64,000 nt of DNA from an uncultured Nitrososphaerota archaeon. GTDB taxonomy: Archaea > Thermoproteota > Nitrososphaeria > Nitrososphaerales > Nitrosopumilaceae. The position numbers and the translations under genes were made by a program. This document shows positions 21,494-32,460 of the stretch, piece by piece. Below the pieces are notes generated by a model that saw nothing but the letters and a program-made list of their open reading frames with translations, did no database searches and had not been told where the DNA came from. The stretch lies in NCBI GenBank assembly GCA_963701075.1, contig OY969559.1:1376001-1440000 (forward strand). The letters run 5' to 3'. Numbering within the stretch: position 1 is the first letter of the stretch; every line of letters begins with the position of its first letter.

Positions 21494-22759
21494 TTGAACA
21501 ATAAAGCAACGCAGCAATTTAGAACTATAATTCCTTTAACATTATTCATCATTTGTGTTTTATTTATCTGGCATGTTCCCTCACATGCAGCCGCACAATC
21601 CGATCAAGGTGTAATTATTTCATCGGGCAATATCAGTTCACCAATTCAGTTTGACAAACAAGTCTTCTCTTGGACAGATCGCGTTAACATTACGATATAT
21701 GCACCAGACTACAATTCTGACCCAAACTTGGTTGACACTATTGGTGATACACCGGATAATCCGATAAATGTGTGTACCACCGGGCACTGCATACCATACA
21801 GACTAGTTGAGACGGGTCCCAATACTGGCATTTTTTCGGGATATATTGATCTTACAGGCAACCCAAGTCAAAAAGGATCAATAGGAATAGACGGGAATGG
21901 TGAAAACCCATCAGGTACCATGTCTACATGTAATACCATCTGTGGTCCCACCGATGGCATGCTCCCAAGTACTGGAAATGATGGAATCTCAGTCTCGTTT
22001 GAATATTCACGAGATCAAACGGTGACAGGCTCTGCACTCATCAGATGGCATATGGGAGAAATCCAGTGGTTACAGCCAAACTACCCCTCAAATGGTCAAG
22101 GAGTATTACAAATTGTTGACCCTGACATGAGTTTGGATCCGGATTCAATAAGCAAATTTGATACAAGTGTCTGGTCAGATTCCGATTCTGGTGGTACCAA
22201 GATTACAATGACTGAGACAGATGCAGGGTCGGGCATTTTTCAAGGCACCGTGGACTTTGCTACACAGTATTCGTCTTCTGGAAACAGGTTACACGTGTCT
22301 GATGGCGACACGGTTACCGGAGAATATATCGACAGAACTTTGCCTCCACCATACTCTTCAACTGCTCAATTACAATTACTTGCAACTACTACAATTGGTA
22401 CAATCCTACCACCGCTAGAAAGAGTTCCTGTCAGCAATGCAAGAATGATTGATTCCACTGGCAAGACACTCGATGAGGTAATGACAGGTCAACAAGTACA
22501 AATCGTATCAGATGTCACAAACAAAGTGAACAAAGATCAAGCATTTGCCTATCTAGTACAAATCCAAGACAATAACGGAATCACTCTTTCGCTATCCTGG
22601 ATAACTGGTTCGCTATTACCTAACCAAAACATGAGCTTGAGTCAATCATGGACACCAAAATCTTCTGGAACATATACCGCCCAGATATTTGTGTGGCAGG
22701 GCGTAACAAATCCCAATGCATTATCACCTACACTAACACTACAAGTTCCTGTATCATAG
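21494..22759 (+). CDS. Secreted S-layer-like protein
   Basis: LVETGPNTGIF, WSDSDSGG, YIDRTLPPPY, PPLERVP, FAYLVQIQD..G.TLSLSWITGSL resemble the C-terminal part of thaumarchaeal S-layer proteins. Confidence 0.7.
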   Translation: MNNKATQQFRTIIPLTLFIICVLFIWHVPSHAAAQSDQGVIISSGNISSPIQFDKQVFSWTDRVNITIYAPDYNSDPNLVDTIGDTPDNPINVCTTGHCIPYRLVETGPNTGIFSGYIDLTGNPSQKGSIGIDGNGENPSGTMSTCNTICGPTDGMLPSTGNDGISVSFEYSRDQTVTGSALIRWHMGEIQWLQPNYPSNGQGVLQIVDPDMSLDPDSISKFDTSVWSDSDSGGTKITMTETDAGSGIFQGTVDFATQYSSSGNRLHVSDGDTVTGEYIDRTLPPPYSSTAQLQLLATTTIGTILPPLERVPVSNARMIDSTGKTLDEVMTGQQVQIVSDVTNKVNKDQAFAYLVQIQDNNGITLSLSWITGSLLPNQNMSLSQSWTPKSSGTYTAQIFVWQGVTNPNALSPTLTLQVPVS

Positions 22760-22962
22760 TATAAATCTCAATTTTATTCTGCATGCAAGCATGCCAACTA
22801 TTATCTCAAGACGCTTGAAATATAATAAAAGTATCTCAAGATATGCAAAAAATGAGGCAAGCTTGTTTGGATTGAAAACACCATAGTTGATTATAACTAA
22901 TACCAGAAACAAATACATGAATTGTAGTTTACAATTTTTACACATTTACCAGAAAAAACTAT

Positions 22963-24570
22963 TTGCCAAATCGTAAAACTATGAAAGACATGGAATCATA
23001 TCCACAATACAGCATGGAGAAAACTAACAAGGATTATGAAATTTTCATTGAAAAAAACCTTGACGCATTAATAGAACGCTATAATAGAGCTGAACAGAAA
23101 TACCGAAGTCTTTATGATAATTCTCCTGATCTTTTACGCACAATAAATTTGAGCGGAATGATAATAGACTGTAATCAAACTTATGCAGGTACGCTTGGGT
23201 ATGCAAGAGAAGAAGTTATCGGTGTATCAATATTTGAACATGTGGCAGAAAATAGTTTAGATGCGTTAAGAGAGTCATTTAAGATCTGGAAAACAAATGG
23301 AAGCGTTAAGGATAGAGAGATTTGGCTTAAAAGAAAAAATGGTAGCACATTTCCCACATTACTTAGCGCTACTAATCTTTATGACACAGATGGAAATATG
23401 ATCGGAAGTAATACCACCATAAAAGACATTTCTGAGATTCACAATACCCAAAAACGGCTTGTGGAGCACGAAAAGATTTTACAAGAACAATATGATCAGA
23501 TTCGTACTTCAAATGAAATCCTGTTAGAAACAGAATTAAGATATCGAAGCCTTTACGAACAGTCCCCAGATCTTTTGCGTACTATTGACATGGATGGAAG
23601 AATCGTAGATTGCAATAAAACTTATGCCGAAAAACTTTGTTATTCAAAAGAGGAAATTCATGGAAAATCAATATTTTTTCATACTGCCGCCAGAAGCATC
23701 AACGAAATGCAAGACGCTCTAAAAGAGTGGAAAGACACAGGCATAATAAAAAACAAAGAGATTTGGCTTAAAAGAAAAAATGGTAGCACATTTCCCACAT
23801 TACTTAGCGCTACTAATCTTTATGACAAAAACGATAATCTCATTGAACGTATAGCATCTCTAAGAGACATGACAGAAATGTACACAGCAAAAGAGGAAAT
23901 AGAACAGCAGAAAGTGAAACGTATCAGCGATATGGGGGCACTTTCAGCACGTATAGCGCACGACCTCAAGAATCCATTATCAGTAATTAAAAATAGTATA
24001 GAGTTGATGAAAGCGAGGACTCTCAATCACGACGATAAAACGAAGGGAGATCTTGAGAGGATGGAGAGGGCTACTGTGAGAATATCTCATCAAATAGAAG
24101 AGGTGTTGGAATATGTTTGGCCTAAACCTTTAGAGCTTCTGGATAACTCTCTGCTTAATGTTTTGAATGCTGTTGTATCAAAAATTAATGTTCAACAAGT
24201 TGCAATAGATCTTCCTAAAACAGACACAAGTCTAATTTGTGATGCGTCCAAATTAGAGATAGTTTTTTCGAATTTGATATTGAATGCAATTCAGGCAATG
24301 AATGGAATAGGAAGCATACACATAAGAATAAAAAATGAGGAAAAAACAATAACAATTGAAATAGAAGACACTGGCCCTGGAATTCCACAAGACCTATTGC
24401 CAAAAATATTCGAGCCATTATTTACGACAAGACAGATAGGAACTGGATTAGGATTGGTAAGTTGCAAAAGCATCATTGAAAAACACGGCGGCACGTTAAC
24501 CGTACAGACTCAAACAAACAAAGGGACGACATTTTTCATCGAGTTGCCAAAAATTTGTGATAGACAATAG
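22963..24570 (+). CDS. Cytoplasmic sensor histidine kinase with two PAS domains
   Basis: Two [16 protein letters not shown] units; H-box IAHDLKNPL; N, G1, F and G2 boxes; exact start uncertain. Confidence 0.92.
   Translation: MPNRKTMKDMESYPQYSMEKTNKDYEIFIEKNLDALIERYNRAEQKYRSLYDNSPDLLRTINLSGMIIDCNQTYAGTLGYAREEVIGVSIFEHVAENSLDALRESFKIWKTNGSVKDREIWLKRKNGSTFPTLLSATNLYDTDGNMIGSNTTIKDISEIHNTQKRLVEHEKILQEQYDQIRTSNEILLETELRYRSLYEQSPDLLRTIDMDGRIVDCNKTYAEKLCYSKEEIHGKSIFFHTAARSINEMQDALKEWKDTGIIKNKEIWLKRKNGSTFPTLLSATNLYDKNDNLIERIASLRDMTEMYTAKEEIEQQKVKRISDMGALSARIAHDLKNPLSVIKNSIELMKARTLNHDDKTKGDLERMERATVRISHQIEEVLEYVWPKPLELLDNSLLNVLNAVVSKINVQQVAIDLPKTDTSLICDASKLEIVFSNLILNAIQAMNGIGSIHIRIKNEEKTITIEIEDTGPGIPQDLLPKIFEPLFTTRQIGTGLGLVSCKSIIEKHGGTLTVQTQTNKGTTFFIELPKICDRQ
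23316..23827 (+). repeat. Perfect 71-bp direct repeat inside the PAS kinase (23316-23386 and 23757-23827)
   Basis: agagatttggcttaaaagaaaaaatggtagcacatttcccacattacttagcgctactaatctttatgaca occurs twice. Confidence 0.9.
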
Positions 24571-24665
24571 GTTTTGGTAGTTCAAGAGATTCAATCAAAA
24601 TCAACTTTGAAGTAATTCTTGAGAAGGCTAAAATTATACCATCATATGAGAACTCCTGTTATCTA

Positions 24666-26342
24666 ATGGAAATATCAAGTAGAAATGTAGTTGAAGGTCC
24701 TTCAAGAGCACCCCATAGAGCCATGTACAAGGCCATGGGGTTAACAGATAATGATCTTGGAAAACCATTCGTAGGAGTATCGCATACAGGTAATGAAGCC
24801 ACTCCATGCAACATTCACCTTGGCAGATTAGCCCTGCATGCAAAGGCAGGGGTTCAGGAATCGGGTGGAACTCCCAGAGAGTTTTCCACAATTGCAGTAA
24901 GTGACGGAATAGCCATGGGTCATGAAGGTATGAAATCTTCTCTAGTCAGTAGAGAAATCATTGCAGACTCTATTGAGTTAATGGTCAGAGCACACCAATA
25001 TGACGGCCTTGTAGGCATAGCAGGTTGTGATAAGAGCCTACCAGGCTCCATGATGGCAATGGCGCGATTAAACATCCCGTCAGTTTTTGTTTACGGCGGA
25101 ACCATAATGCCTGGAATGTATGAAGGAAAGCAGGTTACAATTCAAGATGTATATGAAGCAGTGGGGGTATATGAGGCGGGTCAGTTAACTCTTGAGGCTC
25201 TCAAGAATTTAGAAAATGTTGCTTGCCCAAATGCTGGCTCTTGTGGAGGCATGTATACAGCAAATACCATGGCATCAATTAGTGAGGCCATAGGACTTGC
25301 ATTACCTGGAAGCGCGTCACCTCCTGCAGAAGATCCTAGAAGAGAAAAATTTGTCTACCAGAGCGGCAAGGCAGTGATGAATTTACTCGAAAATGGAATA
25401 AGGCCCAAAGACATTCTTACCTACGAGGCATTTGAAAACGCAATAACTATTGCAAATGCCATAGGGGGTTCTACAAATGCGGTGTTACATCTTCTAGCTT
25501 TATCCAGAGAAATTGGCGTAAACCTAACTCTTGAAGATTTTGAAAAAATAAGAAAACGAACACCTCATATTGCAGATATGAGGCCTGGAGGATTTTATGT
25601 CATGCTAGATCTTGACAAGATAGGTGGAATTCCACTAGTAATGAAGACTCTGCAGAAAAAGAGCCTCTTAAATGAAAGTGCTTTAACTGTAACAGGAAAG
25701 ACCTTGAAGCAAAATCTAGATTCAATACAACTTTCATTGAATGAAAATCAGAAAGTTCTAAGGTCTATAGAAACACCAATTCACGATGTAGGAACTCTAA
25801 CAATACTTAGAGGGTCACTTGCTCCAGAGGGAGCAGTTGTAAAAGTAGCTGGAATGCATACAACAGAGTTCATAGGTAAAGCTAAAGTATTTGATAGGGA
25901 AGAAGATGCGTTTGATGCAATATCAAAACGTCAGATTAAAGAAAACGACGTGGTCATAATCAGATATGAAGGTCCAAAGGGAGGTCCTGGCATGCGAGAG
26001 ATGCTTGGCGTCACAGCAGCTCTGGTTGGACAAAAATTAGGCGAAAAAGTAGCTCTTGTTACAGACGGAAGATTCTCAGGTGCCACCCGCGGTTTGATGA
26101 TAGGACATGTTTCCCCAGAAGCTGCAATGGGTGGAAATATCGCACTGGTAAATGACGGTGATGAAATTAGAATCAACATAGAAAAAAATAGCATCGATGT
26201 CATGGTACCTGAAACAGATCTTGCTGAAAGAAGAAAACAATGGAGACCAAGAAAACCGAATTATGAAAAAGGTGCATTGGCAAAATTTGCCTCACTTGTT
26301 GCTTCCGCATCCGAAGGAGCAATAACAAAACCCAAATGGTAA
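24666..26342 (+). CDS. ilvD: Dihydroxy-acid dehydratase
   Basis: [51 protein letters not shown]. Confidence 0.97.
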   Translation: MEISSRNVVEGPSRAPHRAMYKAMGLTDNDLGKPFVGVSHTGNEATPCNIHLGRLALHAKAGVQESGGTPREFSTIAVSDGIAMGHEGMKSSLVSREIIADSIELMVRAHQYDGLVGIAGCDKSLPGSMMAMARLNIPSVFVYGGTIMPGMYEGKQVTIQDVYEAVGVYEAGQLTLEALKNLENVACPNAGSCGGMYTANTMASISEAIGLALPGSASPPAEDPRREKFVYQSGKAVMNLLENGIRPKDILTYEAFENAITIANAIGGSTNAVLHLLALSREIGVNLTLEDFEKIRKRTPHIADMRPGGFYVMLDLDKIGGIPLVMKTLQKKSLLNESALTVTGKTLKQNLDSIQLSLNENQKVLRSIETPIHDVGTLTILRGSLAPEGAVVKVAGMHTTEFIGKAKVFDREEDAFDAISKRQIKENDVVIIRYEGPKGGPGMREMLGVTAALVGQKLGEKVALVTDGRFSGATRGLMIGHVSPEAAMGGNIALVNDGDEIRINIEKNSIDVMVPETDLAERRKQWRPRKPNYEKGALAKFASLVASASEGAITKPKW

Positions 26343-26358
26343 ACCGTAGAATCGTGTT

Positions 26359-26577
26359 TTAGTAATCTTTTGGAAGATGATACTGACAGAAAAATCTCAT
26401 TTTTTGTCCTATCTGTTTGGCAGTTACAGAAATCCCGTCATCTAGACCCTTGTCACATATAGTACACATTGCCTCTTTCACAGTTGATTTTACTGGTGTT
26501 CTTCTTTTAGAAAAATACAAGTCTTGGAAGAGCAGAGTTTTACTCCTATCTACGTGTGGAACTAGTATCTGAGACAT
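26359..26577 (-). CDS. Small putative Zn-binding protein
   Basis: CTIC...FCQYH; TATA-like element upstream. Confidence 0.65.
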   Translation of the reverse strand: MSQILVPHVDRSKTLLFQDLYFSKRRTPVKSTVKEAMCTICDKGLDDGISVTAKQIGQKMRFFCQYHLPKDY

Positions 26578-26687
26578 GTATTATTGATCACCACGATCGC
26601 ATATAAAGGTACCGTACCATACCGTAATTAGCCATATTGCAAAATGACTTAATTTTAAATAGAGTCTGAAACTGAGGGTCTGTATGG

Positions 26688-28043
26688 GTGGCCACATTTG
26701 GGCATTCAAACCTTAAGATAGTACCCCTAGATTATTCTGGCTCCCAATTTGATCTGTATAATAAAATTTCAAGAAAATTCGAGTATTCTTTCCTCTTTGA
26801 ATCATTGACTGGACCAGAGGAGCTTGCAGAAACTTCAATCATGGGGTTTGATCCTCCAATCGTGGCAAAGTGCTTTGCAGACAGAGTAATACTTCATTAC
26901 AAAAATGGCGCATCAACTGTAATTGAAACAAAAGATCCGTTATCTGAAATCAAGAAACTCCTCTATCAAGTTCCTGATCAAAAATACCGATATGTTGGAG
27001 GCGCCGTGGGTGCCATTAACTACGACGCCATAAGATTGTGGGAAAAAATTCCAAACTCTCATGATGAAAACAGCTCACCCATAATGGAATTTGGAATATA
27101 CGATGATGGAATTCTCTACGATAACAAACAAAAAAAGTCGTTTTATTTCTATTATGATACAAATAGGATAAGCAGGCTCGCTTATGATAGTACTGACTTT
27201 GAAACATTTTCTTTATCTGAGATCAAAGAAAATATGAATAAAGAGTATTTTAAGAAAATGGTAGAGAAAGCAAAGCAGTACATACATGATGGAGACATTT
27301 TCCAAGTTGTACTTTCAAAAAAATTCAATTTCAATGCAAATGGTGATCTTCTAAAGGTCTACAAGTCACTTAGACAAATCAATCCTTCACCATATCTTTA
27401 CCATATAAAGTTGGGCAATAGGACTATGATAGGTTCAAGTCCAGAAATGTTGTTGCGTATAACGGGAAACACTGTTGAAACATTTCCCATAGCTGGAACA
27501 CGACCAATTACAAGCGATGAAAAGAAGAACGAATCCATGAAGGAGGAACTACTACATGATGAAAAAGAATTGGCGGAACACACCATGTTGGTAGACCTAG
27601 GACGTAATGATATCGGACGAGTTTGCAGATATGGTTCTGTATATGTCAAAGAGTTGATGGCAGTAAAGAGATTCAGTCATGTGCAACACATGGTGACACA
27701 TGTGGTAGGCACACTTGACAAAAGATATGATGTGTTTGATGCTATCAAGGCAGTATTTCCAGCTGGAACTGTATCTGGTGCACCCAAGATTCGTGCCATG
27801 GAAATAATAGATGAGTTAGAACCAGATGCAAGAGGACCTTACGCTGGTGCTGTAGGATATTTCTCTTTTAACGGATGTTGTGATTTTGCAATTGCGATAA
27901 GAACAATTTTCATGGATGGAACACAGGGCTTCATACAAACTGGGGCAGGGATTGTTTCTGATTCAGTGGCTGAAAACGAATGGATGGAGACTCAACACAA
28001 AGCAAATGCCATGATATCAGCATTGAAGGAGGCTACTAAATGA
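26688..28043 (+). CDS. trpE: Anthranilate synthase component I
   Basis: GDIFQVVLS, NPSPY, SSPE, PIAGT, EHTMLVDLGRND, FPAGTVSGAPK. Confidence 0.95.
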   Translation: MATFGHSNLKIVPLDYSGSQFDLYNKISRKFEYSFLFESLTGPEELAETSIMGFDPPIVAKCFADRVILHYKNGASTVIETKDPLSEIKKLLYQVPDQKYRYVGGAVGAINYDAIRLWEKIPNSHDENSSPIMEFGIYDDGILYDNKQKKSFYFYYDTNRISRLAYDSTDFETFSLSEIKENMNKEYFKKMVEKAKQYIHDGDIFQVVLSKKFNFNANGDLLKVYKSLRQINPSPYLYHIKLGNRTMIGSSPEMLLRITGNTVETFPIAGTRPITSDEKKNESMKEELLHDEKELAEHTMLVDLGRNDIGRVCRYGSVYVKELMAVKRFSHVQHMVTHVVGTLDKRYDVFDAIKAVFPAGTVSGAPKIRAMEIIDELEPDARGPYAGAVGYFSFNGCCDFAIAIRTIFMDGTQGFIQTGAGIVSDSVAENEWMETQHKANAMISALKEATK

Positions 28044-28627
28044 AATTTTTAATTATTGATAATTATGATTCGTTTGTGTACAACATAGCTCAACTATTAG
28101 GTGAACTAGGAGTCAGCTCTGACGTAATTAGAAATGACAAGATAACATTAGATGAAATTAGAAAAGGAAATTATGATGCAATAATTATCTCACCTGGACC
28201 TGGAACGCCGGAAGATGAAAAGTATTTTGGCATTTGTACCAAAGTGATAAAAGAATTTGGCCCCACAAAGCCAATTCTTGGAGTTTGCCTAGGTCATCAA
28301 GGGATAATACATGCATTTGGAGGCAAAGTCGTAAATGCTGGAAATGTCAGACATGGAAAAACTAGTCCCGTTGAACATTATGAATCTCCATTATTTGAAG
28401 GAGTTCAGAACCCGTTTAGGGCCACAAGATATCATTCACTTGTAGGAGACAAAACAATAATTCCAGATGATCTCAAAGTAACTGCGATTGCACAAGACGA
28501 CAAGGAGATAATGGCAGTAAGTCACAAGAAATATCTCATCGAAGGCGTTCAATTCCATCCAGAATCCATCATGACAGGAGAAGGCAAGAAGATTCTAGGC
28601 AATTTCATAAAGTTGATTAAAAAATGA
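28040..28627 (+). CDS. trpG: Anthranilate synthase component II
   Basis: IDNYDSF, SPGPG, GVCLGHQ, RYHSL, QFHPES. Confidence 0.95.
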   Translation: MKFLIIDNYDSFVYNIAQLLGELGVSSDVIRNDKITLDEIRKGNYDAIIISPGPGTPEDEKYFGICTKVIKEFGPTKPILGVCLGHQGIIHAFGGKVVNAGNVRHGKTSPVEHYESPLFEGVQNPFRATRYHSLVGDKTIIPDDLKVTAIAQDDKEIMAVSHKKYLIEGVQFHPESIMTGEGKKILGNFIKLIKK

Positions 28628-29670
28628 TTTCAGAAACAATAACAAAACTTGCAGATAACAAAGATCTCAGCTATAGCGAAATGCGTGATATTATGAATGA
28701 GATACTTGACGGCAAAACATCAGTTCAAGACACCGCAAATTTTCTCAAGAATCTTACTGCAAAAGGAGAATCCAATGATGAACTTTTAGCAATGCTTGAC
28801 ATGATGCAAGAACATGCAATACACATAGAACCAAAATGCAACGGAAGAATAATTGATGTGTGTGGTACGGGAGGGGACAAAATGAGCACTTTTAATGTCT
28901 CAACAACTGCTGCATTTGTCATTGCTGCAGGTGGAGTAAATGTAGCAAAACATGGAAACAGATCAACTTCTGGCATAAGCGGCAGTGCCGACATATTCGA
29001 ATATTTTGGATATGACCTAAACATGGAACCAAGCAGGATCAAAGACATAATTGAAAAATTCAATATTGGGTTTATGTTTGCTCAGAAATTTCACCCAGCT
29101 ATGAAAAATGTTGCAGAGGCAAGAAAACTGTTAGAAACAAGAACTGCTTTTAATTTACTTGGTCCCTTGAGCAATCCTGCCCAAGTCAAAAATCAGCTAG
29201 TGGGAGTATTTGCACCTTCGTACTTGCAACGCGTCATAACACTACTACAGTCACGTGGTGCAGAGAATGTAATGACCGTGATTTCTAGCGATGGGCTAGA
29301 TGAACTATCTACCACTTCAAAAAATTATGTTTATCATTTAAAAAATGGAGAAATTCATAATTTTGTACTAGAACCTTCCGAGATTGGACTGACAAAATCT
29401 AACCTCAGTGATATTCAGATATCAACTAGAGACGAAGCAATCAGATCATTTGTTTCAGTTCTAAATGATACTGGAAAAAAATCAATGATAGATATCACAG
29501 CATTGAATGCGGCAGCTGGATTTGTCGTAGGAGGAATCGCAGATAAATTTGACGAGGCATTAGAAATTGCATTTGATACAATACATAGCGGAAAATCATT
29601 TAACCTCTTTAGAAATTTTATCAAATATTGTGGAGATATTAGTAAATTGGAGGAGTTTGAGAGTAATTGA
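28624..29670 (+). CDS. trpD: Anthranilate phosphoribosyltransferase
   Basis: DVCGTGGD, NVST, KHGNRS, FHPAMK, GLDE. Confidence 0.96.
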   Translation: MISETITKLADNKDLSYSEMRDIMNEILDGKTSVQDTANFLKNLTAKGESNDELLAMLDMMQEHAIHIEPKCNGRIIDVCGTGGDKMSTFNVSTTAAFVIAAGGVNVAKHGNRSTSGISGSADIFEYFGYDLNMEPSRIKDIIEKFNIGFMFAQKFHPAMKNVAEARKLLETRTAFNLLGPLSNPAQVKNQLVGVFAPSYLQRVITLLQSRGAENVMTVISSDGLDELSTTSKNYVYHLKNGEIHNFVLEPSEIGLTKSNLSDIQISTRDEAIRSFVSVLNDTGKKSMIDITALNAAAGFVVGGIADKFDEALEIAFDTIHSGKSFNLFRNFIKYCGDISKLEEFESN

Positions 29671-30443
29671 AAGACGTACTAGAAAAACTTGTAGAAAACT
29701 CACAGAAGGCAATCAATGAAGGAGTTTACGACGTAGAACATCAATTGACAAAATCTGATAAAAATATCATAGATGAGATTAGAAAAAACACCCATGCATC
29801 ACTTATAACTGAAGTAAAATTTTCATCACCGTCTCTTGGCGACATACGACAGATTTCAGATCCTGTAACAATTGCAAAAACAATGATAGAGGGAGGCGCC
29901 ATAGGACTCTCAGTTTTAACTCAGCCCTATCTCTTTCATGGATCCCCCCAATATTTTGCAGAAATCCGTCGACATGTCAATGTACCACTATTGATGAAAG
30001 ATATAGTCATAGACAAGGCCCAGATTGATGCTGCAGAGAGATTAGGTGCAGATATTGTTCTTTTAATCCAATCAGTCTTTGACAAAAAATTTGCAAAAGA
30101 AATAGATGACTTTGTAGATTATGCACATAAAAAGAATCTCTTGGTACTAATAGAATCTCATACAAAAAACGAATTTCTAGATTCCGTTAGGACACATGCA
30201 GACTTGCTTGGAATAAACAATCGTAATCTAGATACATTAGAAATAGATCTAAAGGTAACAGAGGCAATTCTCAAAGACCAGAAAAGGGATGACAGGATAA
30301 TCATATCTGAGAGCGGCATAGAAACAGCCCAAGACATCAGATTTCTTAGCCAACATGGTGCCAATGCCTTCCTTGTGGGCAGTAGTATTATGAAGAGTAA
30401 AGATATCAAGGGATTAGTTTCAAGTTTGGTGTTAGCAATATGA
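29667..30443 (+). CDS. trpC: Indole-3-glycerol phosphate synthase
   Basis: [31 protein letters not shown]. Confidence 0.95.
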   Translation: MKDVLEKLVENSQKAINEGVYDVEHQLTKSDKNIIDEIRKNTHASLITEVKFSSPSLGDIRQISDPVTIAKTMIEGGAIGLSVLTQPYLFHGSPQYFAEIRRHVNVPLLMKDIVIDKAQIDAAERLGADIVLLIQSVFDKKFAKEIDDFVDYAHKKNLLVLIESHTKNEFLDSVRTHADLLGINNRNLDTLEIDLKVTEAILKDQKRDDRIIISESGIETAQDIRFLSQHGANAFLVGSSIMKSKDIKGLVSSLVLAI

Positions 30444-31642
30444 AATTAGAGTACCCAAAAAATGGCAAATTTGGAGAATTTGGCGGCCGATTCATACCTG
30501 AGACCCTAGTTCCAGCAGTAGAAGAATTAGAACAGGCATATCTGAAATTCAAAGACGACAAGGATTTCAGACAAGAATTGGACTATTATTTACGAGAATA
30601 TGCTGGAAGACCCACCCCGCTTTATCTTGCTAAAAATCTCACAGAATTTGTCGGAGGTGCTAAAATCTACTTAAAAAGAGAAGACCTGCTACATGGTGGA
30701 GCCCACAAGATCAACAATACATTAGGACAAGGACTTTTAGCAAAAAGAATGAATAAAAAAAGAATCATTGCAGAGACTGGGGCAGGTCAACATGGCGTAG
30801 CAACTGCCATGGCATGTGCAACTCTTGGATTACAGTCTGAAGTTTACATGGGATACAAAGATACACAGCGACAGAAACTGAATGTTTTTAGAATGAAGCT
30901 TTTGGGTTCGGTTGTACATCCAGTAAAAGAAGGAACCCAGACTCTCAAAGACGCCATCAATGAAGCAATACGAGACTGGATAACAAATGTAAAGACCACG
31001 TACTATCTTTTAGGATCAGCTGTTGGACCTCACCCATATCCAGTAATGGTTAGAGATTTTCAAGCAGTCATAGGAAATGAAATATTATCACAGATGAAGG
31101 ATCTTGAAAAGAAATCTCCTGATTCAGTAGTGGCCTGCGTGGGCGGTGGATCAAATGCGATTGGAACATTTTACCCACTTATTGATGAAAATACCAGTAT
31201 GTTCGGTGTGGAAGCTGGCGGAGGAGGGATTGGAACAGACCATCACTCTGCAACACTCACAGCAGGATCAAAAGGAATCCTTCATGGCATGCTAACCTAC
31301 CTTCTGCAGGACAAATATGGACAGATACAAGACACACATAGCATAGCTGCAGGATTAGATTATCCTGGAGTAGGACCTGAACATTCGTATCTAAAGGATT
31401 CAAAAAGAGTAACATATGATGCCATCAGTGACGACGATGCCATACACGCCTTCTTAATGCTTTCAAAACATGAAGGAATCATACCAGCCTTAGAGTCATC
31501 GCATGCAGTAGCATATGCGATGAAATTAGCAAAAAAGATGTCAAAGAGTGAGACTATTGTAGTTACCTTGTCTGGACGCGGTGACAAGGATGTTGAAGTT
31601 GTACAAAAATATTTGAGTAAAAATGTCAAGAATTCAAGATAA
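30440..31642 (+). CDS. trpB: Tryptophan synthase beta chain (TrpB1 type)
   Basis: [48 protein letters not shown]. Confidence 0.97.
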   Translation: MKLEYPKNGKFGEFGGRFIPETLVPAVEELEQAYLKFKDDKDFRQELDYYLREYAGRPTPLYLAKNLTEFVGGAKIYLKREDLLHGGAHKINNTLGQGLLAKRMNKKRIIAETGAGQHGVATAMACATLGLQSEVYMGYKDTQRQKLNVFRMKLLGSVVHPVKEGTQTLKDAINEAIRDWITNVKTTYYLLGSAVGPHPYPVMVRDFQAVIGNEILSQMKDLEKKSPDSVVACVGGGSNAIGTFYPLIDENTSMFGVEAGGGGIGTDHHSATLTAGSKGILHGMLTYLLQDKYGQIQDTHSIAAGLDYPGVGPEHSYLKDSKRVTYDAISDDDAIHAFLMLSKHEGIIPALESSHAVAYAMKLAKKMSKSETIVVTLSGRGDKDVEVVQKYLSKNVKNSR

Positions 31643-32429
31643 ATTCTCAGAGCTTAAATCCAAGAATCAAAAAGCGTTCATAGCCTATGCCATGGCAGGG
31701 TATCCTAGTGACAAGGAAACAATATCCATAGTGAAAAGCTTGGTAAAAGGAGGGGCAGATATCATTGAACTTGGTTTGCCTTTCTCAGATCCGCTAGCAG
31801 ACGGTCCTGTCATACAAAATGCAAGCTTTCGCGCATTACAGAAGGGAATGAATCTTGACAGATTTGTAAATCTGGTAAAAAAAATTCGAAAAGAAACTAA
31901 TGTACCACTTATCTTGATGACATATACTAATCTGGTGTATAGTCATGGATATGACAAGTTCATTTCAACTGTAAAAAAAGCTGGAATTGACGGATTGATA
32001 CTACCAGATATGTCCATCGAAGAATCGGATCATTATCTTGATGTTGTTCGAAAAAACAACATGGATGCCATTTTCCTCATATCTCCTAATACCTCAGAAG
32101 AGAGAATAAAGAGGATTTCAAGAATATCGTCTGGTTTTGTGTATTTGGTTTCAGTATACGGTACAACTGGAACACAGCAGCAATTTCAACAATATACACT
32201 AGATGCCATAAAAAATGCAAAGAAGATACTAGATGGCAAAATACCACTGGGCGTAGGTTTTGGGGTTAACAATGCAGAACAGGCAAAGCTGATTTTACGA
32301 ACAGGTGCTGATGCCATAATTGTAGCAAGCGCATTTTTACGTTTAATTGAAAAAACCTCTAAGACGAAGATCCAGTCAAAGATAACCGTATTTACAAAAA
32401 GTCTGAAAAAAGCAACGATCTCAGAATAA
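31623..32429 (+). CDS. trpA: Tryptophan synthase alpha chain
   Basis: [33 protein letters not shown]. Confidence 0.96.
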   Translation: MSRIQDKFSELKSKNQKAFIAYAMAGYPSDKETISIVKSLVKGGADIIELGLPFSDPLADGPVIQNASFRALQKGMNLDRFVNLVKKIRKETNVPLILMTYTNLVYSHGYDKFISTVKKAGIDGLILPDMSIEESDHYLDVVRKNNMDAIFLISPNTSEERIKRISRISSGFVYLVSVYGTTGTQQQFQQYTLDAIKNAKKILDGKIPLGVGFGVNNAEQAKLILRTGADAIIVASAFLRLIEKTSKTKIQSKITVFTKSLKKATISE

Positions 32430-32460
32430 GAAATAAAAATACCATCAATCCATCATAGAT

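Noticed and set aside
24646-24666. Mini-ORF MRTPVI* overlapping the ilvD start (TAATG) as a second leader peptide
   Set aside because: It has only two relevant codons and no hairpins, and the likely TATA at about 24631-24638 would place the TSS downstream of its ATG.
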